A DNA stretch of 64,000 nucleotides from NCBI GenBank assembly GCA_945917985.1, contig CAMEIH010000001.1, positions 43,984 to 107,983 of the forward strand, written 5' to 3'. Positions 20,171 to 29,936 of this stretch are shown in pieces. This stretch comes from an uncultured Clostridium sp. Its GTDB lineage: Bacteria; Bacillota; Clostridia; Lachnospirales; Lachnospiraceae. Under the pieces are notes generated by a model. It ran no database searches. It had not been told where the DNA came from and worked only from the letters and a program-made list of their open reading frames with translations. Within the stretch, counting starts at the first letter, position 1. Each line of letters begins with the position of its first letter. The translations under genes and the position numbers were made by a program.

Positions 20171-21763
20171 ATGTCAGAGAAATTACAGACCATCAAAAAC
20201 AACACTATAAAAAAAGGACCTGTCAGTACACAAGTGATTTTGATTCTGATATCCTGCCTGGCAGCGACATTTTTACAGGGATGCGGTTTTCTTTCCCTTT
20301 CCCATTATGATCAGATTCTGATTCTCACCTGTATCTTTCTTGCTTATTTTGCACTGCTTTATTATCTGAAAGTATCAAAGCGTCTGATCCACGAAGACAC
20401 CGTTGTCACTATGATGATCTTTCTTGGAGTTCTTCTGCGCTTTAGCTATATCCTGCTGTCAGGGCTCTATGACAGACAGCATGATGCCGGCGTCTATACC
20501 GGAATGGGAACAGATTTTGTCAATCCGGGCCATATCGGCTATATTGAATATATCTACAAATTTCATAAGCTCCCCGATCTCAATCCCTACGAGCTTTTTG
20601 CTTATTATCATCCGCCCTTACATCACATTCTCTCGTTTTTGTGGCTGCAGCTCAACATTATTCTGGGTGTGGCTGAGAACCTTGCCTTTGAAAATCTGCA
20701 GGTGCTTACCATGCTTTATTCCTGCCTGTGTATGGTAGTTACCTATCGCATTTTAAAAGTGCTGAACATTAAGGGCAATGCCTTATACATTGGTCTTGCC
20801 TTTATGGTATTTCACCCCGCTACCGTAATCATGGCAGGCAGCGTCAACAATGATATGCTGACAATTCTGTTCATGTGCCTGATCATTCTCGGCTCCCTGC
20901 AATGGATTCGGGAAAAGAATTTGAAAAATCTGATCAAGCTGGCACTTTATATCGGCTTTGGCATGATCACCAAGCTGAATTCCGCTGTGCTTGCCATCCC
21001 ACTTGCCATTATTTTCCTGATGCATTTTATTTCTGTTATCCGTGGGAAAAACAAATCCGAAATTCTGAAATGGGTAAAGAATTATTGTATATTTGGCATT
21101 GTGGTAGCACCCATCGGTTTAAGCTGGATCATTCGCAACCTGATCCGTTTTGGCGAAAAGCCGGGGGTTCCCGTTCCCGGAGAGACCTCACCCATGTACA
21201 CCGCCACCTACAGTCTGTGGAGTCGTCTGGGAATTCCTTCTCTTTCTGACTGGAGAATCGAGTTTCCTTTTCATCCCATCAGTGCCAAGGCCTGCAACAA
21301 TACCTGGGTCATTATGCTCCATACCTCGCTGTTTGCCGAGGAGTATCCCACAGACCTTTCGGATATTCTGTTAATCTTATGTCAGATTACCTTTGTGCTC
21401 GCCATCGTTTTCAGTATTGCAACTGCCCTTCTCTTGATTGTAGTTCTTCTGAAAAAAAGGACACGACTTGAAGACAGGGTATTTCTGCTGACCGGTTATG
21501 TGGTGATGCTTGTTTCCTTTGCTGCCTTTGTTGTCATCTATCCTTACACCTGCAGCAGCGATTTCCGTTATGTGGCGATCTGTCTTGTGTACATTGCCAT
21601 TGCTTTGGGGCTTGGCAATCAGTATTACATACAGGCTCCGGAAAACAGCAAAAAAGGAGCCGCGGCGAAGGCTGCTCCTTTCCTTATGCACATAATAAAC
21701 AGTGGTATCATTGCCATCCTTGTTTTGATCAATGTGGTTTATCTGTTCTGGGAACGCTGGTAA
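20171..21763 (+). CDS. GT-C membrane glycosyltransferase (ArnT/GT39-like)
   Basis: QHD, HPPLHH, VNND, FRY motifs; many TM helices. Confidence 0.75.
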   Translation: MSEKLQTIKNNTIKKGPVSTQVILILISCLAATFLQGCGFLSLSHYDQILILTCIFLAYFALLYYLKVSKRLIHEDTVVTMMIFLGVLLRFSYILLSGLYDRQHDAGVYTGMGTDFVNPGHIGYIEYIYKFHKLPDLNPYELFAYYHPPLHHILSFLWLQLNIILGVAENLAFENLQVLTMLYSCLCMVVTYRILKVLNIKGNALYIGLAFMVFHPATVIMAGSVNNDMLTILFMCLIILGSLQWIREKNLKNLIKLALYIGFGMITKLNSAVLAIPLAIIFLMHFISVIRGKNKSEILKWVKNYCIFGIVVAPIGLSWIIRNLIRFGEKPGVPVPGETSPMYTATYSLWSRLGIPSLSDWRIEFPFHPISAKACNNTWVIMLHTSLFAEEYPTDLSDILLILCQITFVLAIVFSIATALLLIVVLLKKRTRLEDRVFLLTGYVVMLVSFAAFVVIYPYTCSSDFRYVAICLVYIAIALGLGNQYYIQAPENSKKGAAAKAAPFLMHIINSGIIAILVLINVVYLFWERW

Positions 21764-24402
21764 TCCTCAAGCACCTGTTTCGATGCAAGCTCCACCTCTG
21801 TCCGGAACTCCCTTGAAGATACCAGCTGGCATCCTGCTCCCACAATAATGATCTGTTCAAGGCCATCGGAGGTTACTACCGTCACATCATATTTACCGGC
21901 ATTCTCATGGGCAAACTTTTCGATAAACCGGTCTGCAGTTTCCGCTTCCTTTGTGTAAACCACCTGAATATTGTGATAGTCCATGATTTCTTCTCCATGC
22001 CCCTTCAGTTTATAAGCATCAAAGACCGCCATCAAATGATACCCTTTGATCGCCTGATAATTGCAGAGAATGTCCAGCAGCTTTCCTCTTGCGCCGTCCA
22101 GGTTCACACCGGCAAGCTCCTTTAAATCCTCCCATGCAAAGATCACGTTATAGCCGTCCACAAGAAGATATTTTTCTTTCTTTGGCTGTCCCTTATATAT
22201 CCTGGTCTCAGAGGCTTTCGCCGTGTTTCCTCCGGCTTTCTTTTCTCTCTGCCATCCCTCTCTTTTTCCGGAGAATTCTGAACGGCTGTTAGACCTGGCA
22301 GTTCTTCCGATAATGGCATCAATCTCATCCGTACCGATAAACATTTCTCCTCGCTCACCGGTATTTTCCTGCCGTTTTACCGCTGCCTGCTTTCTTCTTT
22401 CCAGTTCTTCTTCGAAAGCTGTCTGCATCACACTTTCCCTATCTCCCGCAAAACAGCTTTCAAGATGCATGTAATCCTTCACCTGATTCCATGGAACCAC
22501 AAAGCCTGCCCCATGAGCACAAAATACGGAGCCGGTGGGATTCTTAAGATCACTTTCGGGATCATAATGCCTTTTTGCTATAACTTCCTCCGCATTATGG
22601 CAAGGCCCATAGCCCTTCAGATTTAAGGAAAGTCTGCCATGACCTCTTGTGTATGCCGTCACTTCTTTTTGATAATCCTGTATCGTCACGACAGGTGCCG
22701 TTCCGGTAAGGACTGCAACACCGCCTGCTCTCTCTTTCAGCGTAAAGCTGCCGTGAAGCTTTTCCATATCCGTCATGGCCCGGCCAATCATTTCTTCCGG
22801 AATCTCCAATCGGAATTCATAGATGGGTTCCAAAAGTACCCCGGAAGCCTCCATAAGTCCCTGTCTCACCGCTCTGTAGGTGGCCTGTCTGAAATCTCCG
22901 CCTTCCGTATGTTTCAGATGGGCACGTCCGGAAACAAGGGTGATTTTCATGTCCGTGACAGGAGAACCGGTGAGCACTCCCCTGTGTTCCTTTTCTTCCA
23001 GATGTGTCAGTATCAGTCTCTGCCAATTTCTGGCAAGAATATCCTCGCTGCAGTCTGCGGCAAACAATAGACCGCTTCCCGGCTCTAACGGTTCCAGGAG
23101 CAGATGAACCTCCGCATAGTGCCTTAAGGGCTCAAAATGCCCTACTCCTTCCACCCTGTCAGCAATGGTTTCCTTATACACAATACGGCCTGTTCCAAAG
23201 CTCACCTCTATACCAAACCGCTCTCTGATCATATGTTTCAGAATCTCTATCTGAACCTCGCCCATCACCTTTGCATGAATCTCTTTCAATTCCTCATCCC
23301 AGACAATCTGAAGCGTGGGATCTTCCTCCTGAAGCTGCATCAGCTTTGGCAGAAAAGCAGCCGGATCACACCCTTCCGGCAGATAAATGCAATAGCTTAA
23401 CACAGGCTCCAGCATATGCCTGTCCTCCGTTTTCACCCATCCAAAGCCCTGTCCGGGAAAAGTGTGTAAAAGACCGGTCACCGCACATACCTGGCCCGCA
23501 TAGACCTCATTTACCGCATCAAATTTTTCTCCGGAATAAATTCGTATCTGATTGACCTTCTCTTCTATTACATTTTGACTATCACAGTCATTTTCTGTTG
23601 CCCCTGTATTTAGAACATCTCTCGCTTTCAGGCAACCTCCCGTGATCTTCATATGCGTCAGCCTGTTTCCCTGATTGTCTCTCGTGATCTTAAAGACTCT
23701 GGCTCCGAATTCTTTCGGATATCCGGAAACGGGCATATACCGGACAATGCCCTCCATCAGTTCACGAACGCCGAAAAGCTTAAGTGCTGAACCGAAAAAG
23801 CAGGGAAATACCTTTCTCTGTGCAATGGCTTTCCGAATCAATTCCTCGGAAATGTCTTCTTTTTCAAGGAAACAATTCAGAAGCTCCTCATCGCACATCG
23901 CCAGTTCTTCCAGAAACGTATTTTTGTTCTCCTCAGAAAAATTTGTAAATCCGCCACCAAGGCGATCGCAAAGCTCCTGCATCAACGCATCCTGATCCGT
24001 TCCCTGCTGATCCATCTTGTTGACAAACAAAAAAACCGGCACCTGATACCTTTTCAGCAGCTTCCACAATGTCACGGTATGTCCCTGTACCCCGTCAGCT
24101 GCACTGATCACAAGCACGGCTGCATCAAGTACCTGAAGTGTCCGTTCCATTTCTGCCGAAAAATCCACATGTCCCGGTGTATCAAGCAGAGTAATCTTTA
24201 CATCATCGAATGAAAAAATCGCCTGCTTGGAAAAAATAGTGATACCTCTCTCTCTTTCCAATTCGTAGGTATCAAGAAAAGCATCTCTGTTATCTACCCG
24301 TCCCGCTTTTCGTATGGCACCGCTTAAGTAGAGCATGGCCTCAGACAGTGTCGTCTTGCCCGCATCTACATGAGCTAAAATCCCTAATGTCAACTGCTTC
24401 AT
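21739..24402 (-). CDS. TetM/EF-G-like translational GTPase fused to a NYN (YacP-like) domain
   Basis: AHVDAGKTT, RGITI, DTPGHVDF, NKMD; C-terminal LLVDGYNVIF...VFDA...ETAD..IE...VVTSD. Confidence 0.9.
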   Translation of the reverse strand: MKQLTLGILAHVDAGKTTLSEAMLYLSGAIRKAGRVDNRDAFLDTYELERERGITIFSKQAIFSFDDVKITLLDTPGHVDFSAEMERTLQVLDAAVLVISAADGVQGHTVTLWKLLKRYQVPVFLFVNKMDQQGTDQDALMQELCDRLGGGFTNFSEENKNTFLEELAMCDEELLNCFLEKEDISEELIRKAIAQRKVFPCFFGSALKLFGVRELMEGIVRYMPVSGYPKEFGARVFKITRDNQGNRLTHMKITGGCLKARDVLNTGATENDCDSQNVIEEKVNQIRIYSGEKFDAVNEVYAGQVCAVTGLLHTFPGQGFGWVKTEDRHMLEPVLSYCIYLPEGCDPAAFLPKLMQLQEEDPTLQIVWDEELKEIHAKVMGEVQIEILKHMIRERFGIEVSFGTGRIVYKETIADRVEGVGHFEPLRHYAEVHLLLEPLEPGSGLLFAADCSEDILARNWQRLILTHLEEKEHRGVLTGSPVTDMKITLVSGRAHLKHTEGGDFRQATYRAVRQGLMEASGVLLEPIYEFRLEIPEEMIGRAMTDMEKLHGSFTLKERAGGVAVLTGTAPVVTIQDYQKEVTAYTRGHGRLSLNLKGYGPCHNAEEVIAKRHYDPESDLKNPTGSVFCAHGAGFVVPWNQVKDYMHLESCFAGDRESVMQTAFEEELERRKQAAVKRQENTGERGEMFIGTDEIDAIIGRTARSNSRSEFSGKREGWQREKKAGGNTAKASETRIYKGQPKKEKYLLVDGYNVIFAWEDLKELAGVNLDGARGKLLDILCNYQAIKGYHLMAVFDAYKLKGHGEEIMDYHNIQVVYTKEAETADRFIEKFAHENAGKYDVTVVTSDGLEQIIIVGAGCQLVSSREFRTEVELASKQVLEDYQRSQNR

Positions 24403-24405
24403 AAA

Positions 24406-25299
24406 TCATTCCCGTTTCTTTTTCAGTTTCTCAATTTCCTCCTGAAGCTCCTTTAGCTTATCCATTGCCTGCTGAAGATCGCCGGAATTCTCCTGATTCT
24501 CTTTTGCCTTTTGCTCTTCTTCCTCCTGCTGTTTCTTTTGCAGGTAACCTGTCACACAGTCAGGCTGGGCTATAGGTTCATCTTCAAAATATTTGGGATC
24601 GATGTGAAGCTGATAATCCTCTTCTCTGATCACGATAGGCTTTGGCTTTTTCTTCTTGACAACGCTATCATCTTCTTTCTCGTCATCATCGTACTCCTCA
24701 GAATCGTCATCTTCCTCATCGTCGTACTCCTCAGAGTCATCATCTTCCTCCTCGTCATACTCCTCGGAGTCATCATCTTCCTCATCATCGTCGTACTCCT
24801 CGGAGTCATCATCTTCCTCATCATCATCATGGCGCATACTTTTCAGGGTAAGAATGATCATCACAATGATTACGGCAATAATCACCACAATCGCTGCCGT
24901 CTTAAAAATACCGGTGCCAAGATGGGATTCTTCCTCCGTTTCCTCCAGAGCTTCCTGTTGTCCCTCCGCAGTTTCCGTGTCCTCCGGACCAGCTGCTGTG
25001 GCGACAATGGTCATATATTGTCCATATACAAAGCCTTCTCCACCCTGGAACTCGATCCGATACCACCCGTCATGGCTCTCTCCCGTGACAGTGACAGTAT
25101 CTCCTGCCCGCACAGTCCCTATTTTTTCATAATCGGTGCTGGGCCCCTTCCTCACATTCACATCCGTTGTGATTTCCCCTGTTGCCGACAATTCCGTTAC
25201 GGTAATCTCTTCATCAGCCAGAGCCGTTATCGGGAATGATGAAAAGAAAAAGAATGTAAGCATTATCATTACTGCTATATGTTTGAAACACTTTTTCAT
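24406..25299 (-). CDS. SH3b-domain membrane protein with acidic repeat tail
   Basis: Signal peptide, VNVRKGPST...GWYRI SH3b, TM helix, D/E repeats; start moved to MKKCF. Confidence 0.8.
   Translation of the reverse strand: MKKCFKHIAVMIMLTFFFFSSFPITALADEEITVTELSATGEITTDVNVRKGPSTDYEKIGTVRAGDTVTVTGESHDGWYRIEFQGGEGFVYGQYMTIVATAAGPEDTETAEGQQEALEETEEESHLGTGIFKTAAIVVIIAVIIVMIILTLKSMRHDDDEEDDDSEEYDDDEEDDDSEEYDEEEDDDSEEYDDEEDDDSEEYDDDEKEDDSVVKKKKPKPIVIREEDYQLHIDPKYFEDEPIAQPDCVTGYLQKKQQEEEEQKAKENQENSGDLQQAMDKLKELQEEIEKLKKKRE
24668..24829. repeat. Intragenic 33-36 bp tandem repeat encoding (D)DDEEDDDSEEY
   Basis: About 4 copies of GTACTCCTCRGAGTCATCATCTTCCTC... Confidence 0.85.
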
Positions 25300-25534
25300 A
25301 TGAATACCTGCTTTATTTAAGCTTCCTTTCAGACTTCTTTCCGATAATACACACTTGCATGCAAGCGATTTCGCTTCATTATAGCATGTTTTTCCCTTCT
25401 CATAAAGAATTTTTGTAAACTGCCCCAAGAAAATTATCCGGATTGTACTTGGAAAAAAACAATTGGTCATGTATAATATGAAATGGAGTTTCTCTTTGTA
25501 ATTCCAATCTATCAAACGAGAAAGTGAGTATAAC

Positions 25535-26860
25535 ATGAAAGAACTATCACAAAACAAGTGGGTGAGGGCTGCAATCCCCGCGTTGTTACTTCATTGCAGC
25601 ATAGGCACGGTTTACTGCTGGTCTATCTTCAGTCAGGAAATCGCTGATTACATAGGCTTCTCCAAAGGAGCTACGGAATGGGCCTTCAGCTTTGCCATCT
25701 TTTTCCTTGGCATGTCAGCTGCTTTCCTTGGAAACATTGTAGAAAAGGACATTCACAAGTCTTCACTGATCGCTGCGATTTGCTTTGCAGCAGGTATGGC
25801 CGGTACCGGTCTCTTTATCTGGTACGGCGGTGCACATCCGGGAAGTCTCGTATCTCTGCTCGGCATTTATGTATGCTATGGCTTTATCATGGGAATCGGT
25901 CTGGGTACCGGATACCTCTCACCGGTCAAAACCTTAATGCTCTGGTTTGAAGACCGCAAGGGCCTTGCAACCGGTCTTGCCGTGGCAGGCTTTGGCGCTG
26001 CTAAAGCAATCGCCAGCCCCATCATGCAGGCGCTCCTTGATTCCCTTGGCGAAGGCGGAATCTACAAAATGTTCCTGATCCTGGCAGTGGTATACTTTAT
26101 CATGATGTTTGTCGGACATCTCCTTCTTGCAAAGCCAGCAGGCTGGCATGAACCTGCTTCCACGGAGAAGGGTGCACGTGCTATCGATGTCATCAAGAGC
26201 AAGCCTGTGACTTTCATTGGTATCTGGATCATGTTCTATCTCAACATTACCTGCGGTCTTGCACTGATCTCACAGGAAAAGATGATCATCAAGTGTCTCG
26301 GACTTGTGGGAATGGTAGGAGTTCTCTCCTCCGTTACCGCTATCTTCAATGCCGGCGGACGTCTGGGATTCTCTGCATGGGCAGACACCTTTAAGGACAG
26401 AAATACTATTTACAAGATTATTTTCATTCTCTCCATTGTTGCTACCGGTCTTGTCATTGTTACAAAGGGTATCACCAACATGGGACAGAATACTTTCCTG
26501 ATGATCCTGGTACTGATTCTTCTGTTCGTAGTAAATGCAGGATACGGTGGTGGTTTCAGCAATGTTCCCACTCTTCTTTCCGATCACTACGGCATGAAAA
26601 ACATCAGTGCCATCCATGGAATCACTCTTTCCGCCTGGGCAATTGCAGGTCTTACCGGAAACCAGATGGCTACCTTTATTGTTAACCACTTCGGAGAAAA
26701 GACCGAGATTCCTCATACACTGGCTGACGGAACAGTGGAAAGCATCGTGGTAAATCCCACGGGTTATCAGACCGTGCTTTATGTAACGCTTGTTCTTTAC
26801 ATCATTGCCGCTGTGATCTGCTTTACCATGATCGGCAAAAAGACCGAAGAAACCAAATAA
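25535..26860 (+). CDS. MFS transporter, oxalate/formate antiporter (OFA) family
   Basis: GTVYCWS, WFEDRKGLATGLAVAGFG, FNAGGR motifs. Confidence 0.88.
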   Translation: MKELSQNKWVRAAIPALLLHCSIGTVYCWSIFSQEIADYIGFSKGATEWAFSFAIFFLGMSAAFLGNIVEKDIHKSSLIAAICFAAGMAGTGLFIWYGGAHPGSLVSLLGIYVCYGFIMGIGLGTGYLSPVKTLMLWFEDRKGLATGLAVAGFGAAKAIASPIMQALLDSLGEGGIYKMFLILAVVYFIMMFVGHLLLAKPAGWHEPASTEKGARAIDVIKSKPVTFIGIWIMFYLNITCGLALISQEKMIIKCLGLVGMVGVLSSVTAIFNAGGRLGFSAWADTFKDRNTIYKIIFILSIVATGLVIVTKGITNMGQNTFLMILVLILLFVVNAGYGGGFSNVPTLLSDHYGMKNISAIHGITLSAWAIAGLTGNQMATFIVNHFGEKTEIPHTLADGTVESIVVNPTGYQTVLYVTLVLYIIAAVICFTMIGKKTEETK

Positions 26861-26904
26861 TTTTTGATACATAACAGGTTTTCCCGCGCTCTCAGGCGCA
26901 CAAT

Positions 26905-26939
26905 AAAGCGGGGCAGTCAAATGACTGTCCCGCTCTTTT
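26905..26939. terminator. Bidirectional terminator
   Basis: AGCGGGGCAGTCA/TGACTGTCCCGCT between convergent genes. Confidence 0.8.
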
Positions 26940-26967
26940 ATTGCTCACTGCCCATATGTTATTGTAT

Positions 26968-27213
26968 TTAGATGGATTCATGGAAGGTTCTGGAAATAAC
27001 ATCAGCCTGCTGCTCGGGAGTAAGCTTGATGAAGTTTACTGCGTAACCGGATACACGGATTGTCAGCTGAGGATACTTCTCAGGATGCTTCTGTGCATCT
27101 AAGAGCATGTCTCTGTTGAGAACGTTCACGTTCAAATGATGTCCTCCTTTTCCTGCATATCCGTCTAAAAGATTTACCAAATTGTCTACCTGTGCTGAAT
27201 TTGCGCTTGCCAT
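26968..27213 (-). CDS. Small glycyl-radical domain protein (GrcA-like, or C-terminal subunit of a split PFL)
   Basis: 81 aa; HLNVNVL...[13 protein letters not shown]...[11 protein letters not shown] matches the PFL C-terminal domain. Confidence 0.88.
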   Translation of the reverse strand: MASANSAQVDNLVNLLDGYAGKGGHHLNVNVLNRDMLLDAQKHPEKYPQLTIRVSGYAVNFIKLTPEQQADVISRTFHESI

Positions 27214-27300
27214 AATAAGATCTCCTTTCAATTACTGTGTATTGTGATTTGTTTTATTTGTTTTCTTGTGATTTTATAGTAACTTTTTTGGCGCAAAAAA

Positions 27301-27320
27301 TCCGTAACCATAGTTACGGA
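27301..27320. promoter_or_regulatory. Putative Crp/Fnr-family operator
   Basis: Perfect palindrome TCCGTAAC-N4-GTTACGGA upstream of the GrcA-like gene, adjacent to the regulator gene. Confidence 0.55.
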
Positions 27321-27382
27321 TTTTATTTTCTTTATGTATTTTTTCAGATACACAGCCAAAACTATATCTCTCAAATAATTCA

Positions 27383-28066
27383 TCAGTCGTACAATAGCTC
27401 GACCGCCTTTTTATCCCGGATCAGAATCCTCTTTTTGGAAACCTCGATCAGGCCGTCCGCCTGCATCCTCATCAATTCACGTGAAAGGGATGGTCTTGCC
27501 ACTCCCAGAAAATCCGCCAGCTGTTCCCGGTTCATTTTCAGGTCGACCGCACCGTTCTCATCCATGGAATCAATGAGCCAGATGGCAATTCTCTCTCTGA
27601 GAGAGGAAGTGCTGACAATATGCAGCTTCCTGGTAATCTTAAAATTATTTTCCGAAAGGATTTCCAACATATTCTGCGTCAGCTGCTTGTGATGATCACA
27701 GGCATTGGAACAGAAGTGGTAAAAGAAATCCCAAGGCATTAAAAGCACCGTCACATCCGAAACTGCCACGGCATCGTACCAGTAATGTCTTCTGTCACCA
27801 AAGAGAAAAATCTCCCCAAATACATTGCCGGGCTCCACCAGATAAAGCACATCTCTCTTTCCGGAGGTAAAATCCTTGCAGATCTGTACCTGACCATCCA
27901 AGAGAAGAAACAGCTTGGAGGGGATTCCTCCCTGCTCAAAGATATAGGAACCGGCCGGATAATTTCTGACGGTCGATTTGGAGCACTTTAAAATCCTCTT
28001 AAGCTCCTCATCCGATATTTCCTGAAATAATTTCGTATTCTCAATTTCCTGCACGATGTAATCCAC
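27383..28066 (-). CDS. Crp/Fnr family transcriptional regulator
   Basis: cNMP domain (FGEIF), HTH REQLADFLGVARPSLSREL. Confidence 0.92.
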   Translation of the reverse strand: MDYIVQEIENTKLFQEISDEELKRILKCSKSTVRNYPAGSYIFEQGGIPSKLFLLLDGQVQICKDFTSGKRDVLYLVEPGNVFGEIFLFGDRRHYWYDAVAVSDVTVLLMPWDFFYHFCSNACDHHKQLTQNMLEILSENNFKITRKLHIVSTSSLRERIAIWLIDSMDENGAVDLKMNREQLADFLGVARPSLSRELMRMQADGLIEVSKKRILIRDKKAVELLYD

Positions 28067-28737
28067 TATCCTTCCAAAGCTTTCTTGCTTTCAGACAGGC
28101 GCTCATAAAACTGACCATAAAAATCTGTCTCTCTTATTGTTCTATAAGGCTTCACATAAAACTGATTCAAAAGATGCATGTTGATGCTCTTTACGATTTC
28201 ATCATTCTCTGTTTCCGCCAGTCTTTCCTGCACTTTTTTAAGGAAGAAATGCCAGTCCTTCACGAACTGCTCATATCTTGGAAGTTCCGGGATACCAAGC
28301 CACTTTTTCACCTTGATCTTCGTCTTGTTCGGATAGCTGCACTCATGCACCTGGAGAAAATATTTAAAATCACCATTCTCATAAATTCTTCCCAGGGGAA
28401 ACATCCGGCAGAATCCAGGTCTGGCGCCATGGATCATACATCTTCCGTCCCCGTTTAAAAAGGTACAGCCTTTTCCGCCGTCGCGTATCTTCAGATGAGG
28501 CAAAATCGTTCCGTCCACCACGGAAAGCTCTATCCGCTCTACCATCAATGCCTCAAAATCTGTGTTTAGTACGCTCTCCAGTTGAAAGATATCATAAGGA
28601 TCCAGAATAATGGTATCCGCCACCACACGACAGCATTCCGAGCAGCCTGCGCAGTCATTGCAGTCTATCTTCACCATGTCATTCGCTGTGTATAATCTGC
28701 CATCGGATATTTCTTTTAAATCAATGTCACGTTCCAA
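28066..28737 (-). CDS. YkgJ family cysteine cluster protein
   Basis: CxxCxxCC, CxFL...C.IH..RP..CR.FP. Confidence 0.85.
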   Translation of the reverse strand: MERDIDLKEISDGRLYTANDMVKIDCNDCAGCSECCRVVADTIILDPYDIFQLESVLNTDFEALMVERIELSVVDGTILPHLKIRDGGKGCTFLNGDGRCMIHGARPGFCRMFPLGRIYENGDFKYFLQVHECSYPNKTKIKVKKWLGIPELPRYEQFVKDWHFFLKKVQERLAETENDEIVKSINMHLLNQFYVKPYRTIRETDFYGQFYERLSESKKALEG

Positions 28738-28785
28738 ATTACAAAACTCCCCGATCTTCCATACTCTATCTTCTTTTTATCCCAT

Positions 28786-29769
28786 TTACAGAGTATTGTC
28801 AATCAGTTCCTGATAAAACATGGCATAATCCGTTCTGTTTTCCTTGATAAACTGAATAGCTGATGAGGGATGGCTGTTCAATATTCCTGTGAGCAGATAG
28901 GGAATATCATAGCCCCATACGGCTCCCTCTTCCTTCAGCTTCAGCATATGCTTCTCCACGAAATTCATAATGGCAACCTTATTGTATCTGGGATTGCGCA
29001 GGAAGCTTAAGAGAAGCTCCATATAGCAGTTTCCTGCTCCTCGTCCCATGCCGCTCACTGTGGCATCCAGATAGCTTGCTCCTATGGAGAGCGCTTCGAT
29101 GGTATTGGCAAACGCAAGCTGCTGGTTATTGTGCGCGTGAATACCGACCTTTTTATTATACTTTGCAGCAATGTTCAGATACTTGTCACAAAGACGCTCA
29201 ATCTGTTCCGGATAAAATGCGCCAAAGCTGTCTACCAGATAGATGACATCCACACTGCTCTGACCGAGCAATTCCAGGCCGCCGTCCAGATCATCATCAT
29301 TTACCTTGGACACCGCCATGATATTCACCGTGGTTTCATATCCCTTTTTCTTGGCATCCTCCAGCATTTCAATAGCCGCAGGAATGGTATTGATATAGGT
29401 TGCCACACGGACAAGGTCAATGACACTGTCCTTCTTGTTCAGAATGTCCTTTTTGAAATCGGTTCTTCCCACATCTGCCATGACGGAAATCTTCATATCC
29501 GTCTTGTTGTCTCCCACAATGGCACGGATATCTTTTTCATCACAGAACTTCCATTTGCCGAAGTTATCCGGATTGAAAATCTCCTTGGATGCCTTATAAC
29601 CGAATTCCATATAATCAACGCCTGCTTTAATATTGGCAAGATAGAGATCCTTCACAAATTCATCCGTAAATGCAAAATTATTGACAAGTCCTCCATCCCT
29701 GAGTGTACAGTCCACCACCTTGATGTCAGGACAATAAGATACCAGTTTTCCACGTCGTTCGCGACCCAT
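28786..29769 (-). CDS. HMGL-like (DRE-TIM) aldolase domain protein
   Basis: DCTLRDGG, HAHNN, GMGRGAGN. Confidence 0.85.
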   Translation of the reverse strand: MGRERRGKLVSYCPDIKVVDCTLRDGGLVNNFAFTDEFVKDLYLANIKAGVDYMEFGYKASKEIFNPDNFGKWKFCDEKDIRAIVGDNKTDMKISVMADVGRTDFKKDILNKKDSVIDLVRVATYINTIPAAIEMLEDAKKKGYETTVNIMAVSKVNDDDLDGGLELLGQSSVDVIYLVDSFGAFYPEQIERLCDKYLNIAAKYNKKVGIHAHNNQQLAFANTIEALSIGASYLDATVSGMGRGAGNCYMELLLSFLRNPRYNKVAIMNFVEKHMLKLKEEGAVWGYDIPYLLTGILNSHPSSAIQFIKENRTDYAMFYQELIDNTL

Positions 29770-29869
29770 TTCTCTTTCCTCCGATTAGTACATTATGTTT
29801 TTATTATAATATTTTAGCACTTTAAAGTGTAACGCTTTAAACTGCCATATCATTATGGCACAGAAAAAG

Positions 29870-29909
29870 AAAAAACGCAACAGAATAAATAAAATTTATC
29901 CTGTTGCGT
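29870..29909 (-). terminator. Terminator after metY
   Basis: ACGCAACAG..ATAAAT/ATTTAT..CTGTTGCGT with A run on + strand. Confidence 0.7.
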
Positions 29910-29936
29910 CTAATTTATTGATTTATTTTATGTTTC

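Noticed and set aside
21739-24402. Calling this gene tetM/tetW
   Set aside because: Much longer than ribosomal protection proteins, carries a NYN domain and sits in a housekeeping context.
24511-25239. + strand ORFs with Ser-rich or hydrophobic repeats
   Set aside because: Shadow frames of the acidic repeat in the real - strand gene.
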